Assembly (NCBI RefSeq): GCF_000143415.4
Contig: NW_003314278.1
Coordinates: 698,371 to 762,370, forward strand
Length of the DNA: 64,000 bases
Reading direction: 5' to 3'
Source: Selaginella moellendorffii
Lineage: Eukaryota > Plantae > Lycopodiophyta
The position numbers and the translations under genes are program-made. Positions within the stretch are counted from its first letter, which is position 1, and every line of letters starts with the position of its first letter. This document shows, in pieces, positions 58,272 through 64,000 of the stretch. Under the pieces are notes generated by a model that saw only the letters and a program-made list of their open reading frames with translations, made no database searches and had not been told where the DNA came from.

Positions 58272-60583
58272 ATGGCAGGCTCCTCCGGCCGGCGAGCTCG
58301 CAGCCATCCGCTCGCTGGAAAGAGCGGGACGGGGCCGCCGATCGCACCGCCGGAATGGCGATGGCGAGTGGGGAATCGCGTGAGCGACACTTATTTCTAC
58401 TCTCCGGATGGCCAGTGCTTTCGATCGCAGGTCCAGCTCCGGGCATATCTGGAATCCACGCCGGGCACGCCATCGCCATCGCAGTTCCGCTGGAATTTCG
58501 AACGCAGCGGTAGCATGTTCTCTTTCTCTTCTTTTCTTGTTTGCTCTAGCTCTCTTGTAGGTTTGCAGAGCGAGCCGGGTGGAGCTCCCGCGCCGGAGGA
58601 TAAGATCGCAGCTACTCCTACTTCGAGTACCACCGCTCCGCAGCGTAAGCGGCAGAAGGTCAATGCCCGATCTACGAGAAAGCGAACACGATCGTCCAGA
58701 GGCCTAGAAATGGGGTCCCCGACTAGAGTCTCGAAGAGACAAGAGCTAATAAGCGTTGAAAAGGTTCGCCTCTGGAAGAGATCTTTGTTCTTTCTATCGG
58801 TGCTGTTCTTCATCTAGATACTCGACGAAGGCTACGAAGCTACGATGGTTATCAGCGAGGTTTGAAAGTTTGCGCTTTTTCTTGTCTTTCACGTTGCTCT
58901 CTCTAGGACGAAGTATCTCCTGGAGCCTTTGGCGATGGGACTCGAGATAAAACTCCCCCGCCAGACAACGAGACACCTGGGCCTTCGGCCTTTGGCGATG
59001 GAACTCGAGATGAAACTCCCCCTCCAGACAACGAGACTACTCAAGAAGAAAACTTGAGATCTCCACCGCTTGTAAGCGACATGATCATCCCGGACAGTGT
59101 GAGCTTGGCAACCATACTGGCCTCCACAAGGAGTCACGCCCTCGTTCAAGAGTCCTACGTGATGAGCAAGCTGCTGGAAGAAGAATCGCGTTTTGATGAC
59201 AAGAGCGCCAACGAGATCAAACAACTCCAGGAGGCCATCGCTGCAAAGGCCCGTGACGGGAACACGTTTCGCAAGCATTCCAGGGAAGCGCTGCGCATGT
59301 TTTTCCATGTCCTGCGGGGTGAAGTGGCTCCATCAAGCTTTGGAGTGAACGAGCTCGTCAAGATGTGTAGCAGCTGGTCGTGCAGACGCCAGCGTCCGTC
59401 GTGCTTTCTCGAAGCGGCTCACAAGCTGGTACTCCAGTGCATCGCCGAGGAACAAGACAACGTTACGCTCGAGAGCTTTCCCATGGACAAGAAGACGGCC
59501 GAGATCGTGCTGCTCGACTGTGGGAGCTGTAAGATCGAGGCTTGCTGCTCGGGTCGGGACTTCTGTCCGGGATGCACTTGCAACATCTGCTACGGCGAAG
59601 TCGAGGCGAGAAAGAGTTGGAACTACTTGAGATGCGACGCTTGTCACCACCTCGCGCACTTGGACTGTGCGCTGCAAGCCATCAAGGAGTCTGATCGGCG
59701 CTCCTCGTGCGTCACTTGCCTGAAGAAGAGTGATCTGGTGGTATTCTGGAAGACGATGATAAAAGAAGCGGTGGCGACGACGGACAGGAAGGTGTTGGAG
59801 TTGCAACTGTCGTCGGCAGTGAAGGTGATGGAGAAACTGGGCTCGAGCTGGTACAAGCTCGCGCACTTGAGGGTGAAGGAGCTGGTGAGGGACCTCGCGT
59901 CTCACCAGGAATGTCCCGACTTTCACAAAGTTTTGGAACAGGTGGTTGATTCTTTTAACGATTGGCAGCGCTTAGATGGTGAGTTTCTCTCATATAGCTG
60001 ACCTGATTTTTCTCAGGTTGGTCGTGCTATGCATCCAGATTATGATGATAAGATGATAGACCAAGGCGTATTAATGGAGCTACTGGCTGAAGGGTCCAAA
60101 GCGGGGACGCTCATCGAGGAAGAAGCGAGAGCTATGGATCTCCAGAAGAAAGCTGAGGCAGAGTATTCGGAGTGGCTGAGCAGCGTAAGAAACGTCGAGA
60201 ATCGGAAGCAGCTACTGGCGGCGGCCGAGGCAGAGTGTGAAGAACGAAGCAGCGCAGCGCATTGCTCCAAGCTCGACTCTGAAAAGGCTTCCAAGCGAGT
60301 GGACGTGCTCAAGATGCTGGAAAGCTCTCAAGGGGTCTCCAGTGGCTCGCGGGAGCTGCTGCAATGGAACCTGGAACAGGAGATATCCATTCTGCATGCC
60401 ATCTGTTGCACGCTCGGGCGCTCGGATGTGACGAATCTAAACGAGTACCTGAGTAAGCTGACGATGGTCATAGAGGAGTGGAGGGCACAGCGTGATGTTG
60501 TGGAGGGAATCATGGTGAGATCTCAGCAGCTTCATGCAATCCACAAGATAATGGTGAGAAAGCTTTTAGAAGGCCCAGAGTAA
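58272..60583 (+). CDS. MBD-like N-terminal domain + Oberon/VIN3-type PHD finger + coiled coil protein, multi-exon
   Basis: GTGPPIAPPEWRWRVGNRVSDTYFYSPDGQCFRSQVQLRAYL; PHD FCPGCTCNIC...LRCDACHHLAHLDCAL...CVTCLKKSDL; Glu/Ala-rich coiled-coil last exon. Confidence 0.8.
58925..59037 (+). repeat. Two ~50-bp direct repeats (63-bp period) within the coding region
   Basis: CCTTTGGCGATGG(G/A)ACTCGAGAT(A/G)AAACTCCCCC(G/T)CCAGACAACGAGAC occurs twice. Confidence 0.85.
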
Positions 60584-61028
60584 AACTTCGGTGGGATAAT
60601 TTTTGTCGATACTTAGCTTTGAAAATATATTTTCTTCTGAGTTCTGTGTAAGCCAATTTTGAAATGTATGGACGAATTGTAATTTTGGTCTGCTTTAGAA
60701 AGCTAGTTTTCGGCCACGAGCAGCTCTTCGTGAGCCTCAGTTGCTAGCAGAGGCAGTAACAAAGCTCCCAGATCCAGATCATCCAGATATCGAAACCACA
60801 ATTGATAAAACTCCATTCACTTCATGAGGTGCTCCACCATTCCCATCTCAACCTCATCAGGTAAAACGTTTGGCAAATTCACAATCCTAGGAGAGATTCA
60901 CAGAGAAAGATGGGGCTTAGCTCTTTTGTTTCAGTGGCAAGCCAAGCAAGGGTGCACAGCCATTTTGTGGACACTTCTTAATAGAAAGGATTTATTTTGA
61001 GGCTGATCCATCCAAAGGTGATATGATG

Positions 61029-61032
<4 letters not shown>

Positions 61033-61110
<78 letters not shown>
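61033..61110. repeat. (TA)39 microsatellite
   Basis: Directly visible. Confidence 0.98.
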
Positions 61111-61116
<6 letters not shown>

Positions 61117-64000
61117 TGTGAGTGCATGGAATATGGAAAGGGAATACAGAAATGTGCATATTAATTAGCTCAAAAACCCTAGCTTATATACAGGAGCGAG
61201 TGGTTCGGATTGAAACCAATCCGACGGCTACCAAAATCCACTACGCTAATATTAGTATACGGCATCGTAGCCGTACACTTGGCCCTCACATCATCCCCTC
61301 CTCTCGGAATAATGGAAGGCCGTTAGGGTTCTTTTGTCGATGGGCCGGGATCTGGAGGAACGTCAGGAGGAGGCATCGGTGGATCTGTAGACGGTATTAA
61401 TTGCTCCTGATCCCTTTGTATAAAGCGTTTTAACCGCTGCACATGCACAATTTCCGGAGGATCGGCCTGCTGAACGTCATGCCGAACCTCATAAACTTGT
61501 GGTCCAACTTGCCGCAACACCCGATACGGTCCTTTCCACTGCGCAAGGAGCCCCTTAGATAAACCACGTACCGTAAGATGGGGAAAACGGACTAACACCA
61601 AATCATCCACTTTGTACTCCGCAGGTGGACGATGATGGGAATTGTAGCGCCGTTATTGTCCCACTTGTACGCGGCCTAAGTGTTCAGCAGACTCTGCTCG
61701 GACAAGTGGAAGAATGCTTGTCAAATATTGATCCCATGACCTAGCATCAGGAGCTCATGGCAATTGCGAAGGTAAACTCAGCTATGTTGGTAATATTGGA
61801 TCATGACCATATAGAAATTTATATGGTGAAGCACCAACAGAACTCTGCACCCCTGTGATATAAGCATACCGAAGAGACGGCAAATAACTATCCCAATCCG
61901 AATGTTGAAAGTTCACATACTTCGCAATCATCCCTTTGAATGTCCGAACGAGCCATTCCACCAGACCGTCTGATTGTGGATGATAAGCACTCGTAAAAGT
62001 GTGGCGTATCCCCAACCGAGATGTCAAAACATGAAATACCTCAGCCATAAATGCAGGACCATTATCCGAAAGAATCCGCTCTGGACAAGAATGCTGGAAC
62101 ACCACTCGATTGAGGAGGAAGTATCCAACAGCAGTTGCAGAGGCACTAGCAAGAGCACCAACTTCCACCCAACGAGTCAAGTAGTCAGAAGCAATAATAA
62201 CATACTCATTGCCAGCAGTCGATCGCGGAAAAGGTCCCATAAGATCAAACGCCACCAACTCAAACAGACGAGAAACTGCAATTGACTCTAACCGTCCTTC
62301 TGCAGCACAAGGGGGAGTATTACGAGCTTGGCACCAAATGCAGCTACGCACATACCGGATAATATCACGTCGCATCTCTGGCCAATAGAAAGATCTGCGC
62401 AGCTTCTCGGTGACACGACGGTGTCCCATATGCCCACCTAGAATAGAAGAATCATGGTAGGCATGGAAAAACCGCGGAATAAACACCGAAGGCACCACCA
62501 GCCGTAAATGATCATCAGGATCCGTCCCCACAAAATAAAGAAGGTCATCTTCAAGGCGATATTGAGAATGTAAATGCCGAAAAGGCAAGTCATCAGCAAG
62601 TGATGCAGGATTCTCAAACCCATCTCGAAGCCTTTGAATCCACGGCTCAATCTTTTGAGCCTCGCGAACCTCATCCAGAGAAGGTAGATCTTGCTCTACG
62701 CCCTATGGACACTGAACGTCAAGGACAGCAACCGCCGACGGCACAGAATCCTCATCTAGAAAATCCACAGATGCTGGAACAACAGGTTCGTCAGAAACAT
62801 GAGAAGTGAGTGGAGAAGGAAGAGGAGCTCGAGAAAGGGCATCAGCATCAGCCATAGAACTCCCTGGGCGATGAACAACATCGAAATCATATATCTGAAG
62901 CTTCAAAGCCCATCGAGCCGTACGACCAACCAGGTTCTTCCGCTTTAATAATGAAGTAACAGCAGCATGGTCACCTTCAAGTAACGTCCGAGAACCATGT
63001 AAATATGCATGAAGTTTCTCGAAACCCCAGACTGCTGCTAAACACTCCTTCTCTGTCATGGAGTAGTTCATCTCCGCTGGTTGTAATGTACGGCTTATAT
63101 ATGCAATGGGATGGCGTTGACCAGGCACACTCGAGTTCTCTTGCATCAACACACCTCCAAGACCAATGTCAGAAGCATCCACGCGCAAAATAAAAGGTCG
63201 AGTGTAGTCAGGATATGCCAAAACCGGAGGAGTCGTCAATAGCTCTTTGAGATTCACGAACGCCCGCTCACAAGCGGGAGACCAGATGAAAGATGACGTT
63301 GATGACTTCAGCAACACTCGCAATGGTGTAGTGCGATCGGAAAGATGATCCACAAAACGACCGAGATACTGCACCTTACCCAAAAAGCGCTGCACATCAT
63401 TCACACACTTCGGAGTAGGGAACTTTAGAACAGCCACAAGTTTGTCAGGATCAACTTGCAAACCCTCACAAGAAATATGGTACCCAAGATAAGTTGTGTC
63501 CTTGGACCCAAACACGCACTTCGACCGCTTCAGCTTTAAACCAACATCGCGTAGCCGATCCAACACTTTACAAACATCACGAACATGCTCCTCCCACGTC
63601 CCCTCCGAGTGGATCAAGACATCATCAATGAAGTCAGCCGTCACCTCCGGCATATCGCAAAGAACCTCGTCCATCATCCGCTGAAAAGTTGCTGGAGCAT
63701 TGTTCAAACCAAACGGCATCACCAAAAACTCGTACAAACCAAATGGTGTACGAAAAGCAGTCTTAGGAATATCTTCTTCAGCCATCGGTACTTGCCAATA
63801 CCCAGAAGCAAGATCTAGCTTGGTGAACCAACGACTTCGCCCCAGACGATCCAAGAGATCAGCAGTGTGAGGAAGAGGGTACACGTCCGGGATCGTCACT
63901 TCATTTAACGGACGATAGTTGATGCAGAAACGAATACTCCCATCAGGCTTCGTCACAAGATGAGGTTCACATGCCCAAGGACTCCGCGACTTCCGAATAA
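61117..64000 (-). mobile_element. Non-chromoviral Ty3/gypsy element (possibly Selgy lineage): RT-RNase H-integrase, PPT and 174-bp 3' LTR (61117-61290); 5' part lies outside the window
   Basis: RT LDLASGYWQV...FIDDVLI; RNase H DASDIGLG...ADALSR; integrase H..H/C..C and DLMGPF...SDNG; C-terminal WKGPY...VHVQRLKRF with no chromodomain. LTR ends TGTGAG...CTCACA; PPT GAGAGGAGGGGATGA. Four in-frame stops. Confidence 0.92.

Noticed and set aside
60705-60890. Minus-strand exon-like segment IVNLPNVLPDEVEMGMVEHLMK*MEFYQLWFRYLDD...
   Set aside because: It has an internal stop and no recognisable family; too little to call.
60931-61113. 60-aa YIYIYI ORF
   Set aside because: It is a translation of the (TA)n microsatellite.

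Overview
Eukaryotic plant nuclear DNA, most likely a lycophyte such as Selaginella moellendorffii. This is inferred from the ~50-80 bp introns, the extreme gene density and the gypsy lineages present. Bases 1-19.2 kb are a nested Ty3/gypsy graveyard with five components: the 3' end of a Tcn1-like chromovirus; a decayed minus-strand chromovirus with a class I chromodomain; a young non-autonomous element with ~1.7-1.9 kb LTRs carrying 11/12-bp tandem arrays (perfect GTTCT TSD); an older inverted copy of that element; and the RNase H remnant the older copy interrupts. After an AT-rich spacer and an RLK pseudogene fragment, 22-60.6 kb is very gene-dense. It holds MIZ1-like, MTH1-type Nudix, aspartic protease, NTR, HDA9-like, an ABCG with degenerate ATPase motifs, SIEL/INTS4, S1/P1 nuclease, Ole e 1, GH17-X8 glucanase, MEE60-like genes, ZNHIT6/BCD1, Trx-m, ABI5/AREB bZIP, Tim17-family, COX14-like, RNase H1, TLC, PP2-A10-like, C2 and an MBD-like/Oberon-PHD gene. 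A tandem segmental duplication at 39.4-47.6 kb shows reciprocal pseudogenisation and micro-inversions. The window ends in a non-chromoviral gypsy with a 174-bp LTR abutting (TA)39. The strongest leads are the MBD-like/PHD chromatin reader, the satellite-bearing non-autonomous LTR family, the probably ATPase-dead ABCG and the COX14-like microprotein. All family assignments come from motif recognition, not database searches.
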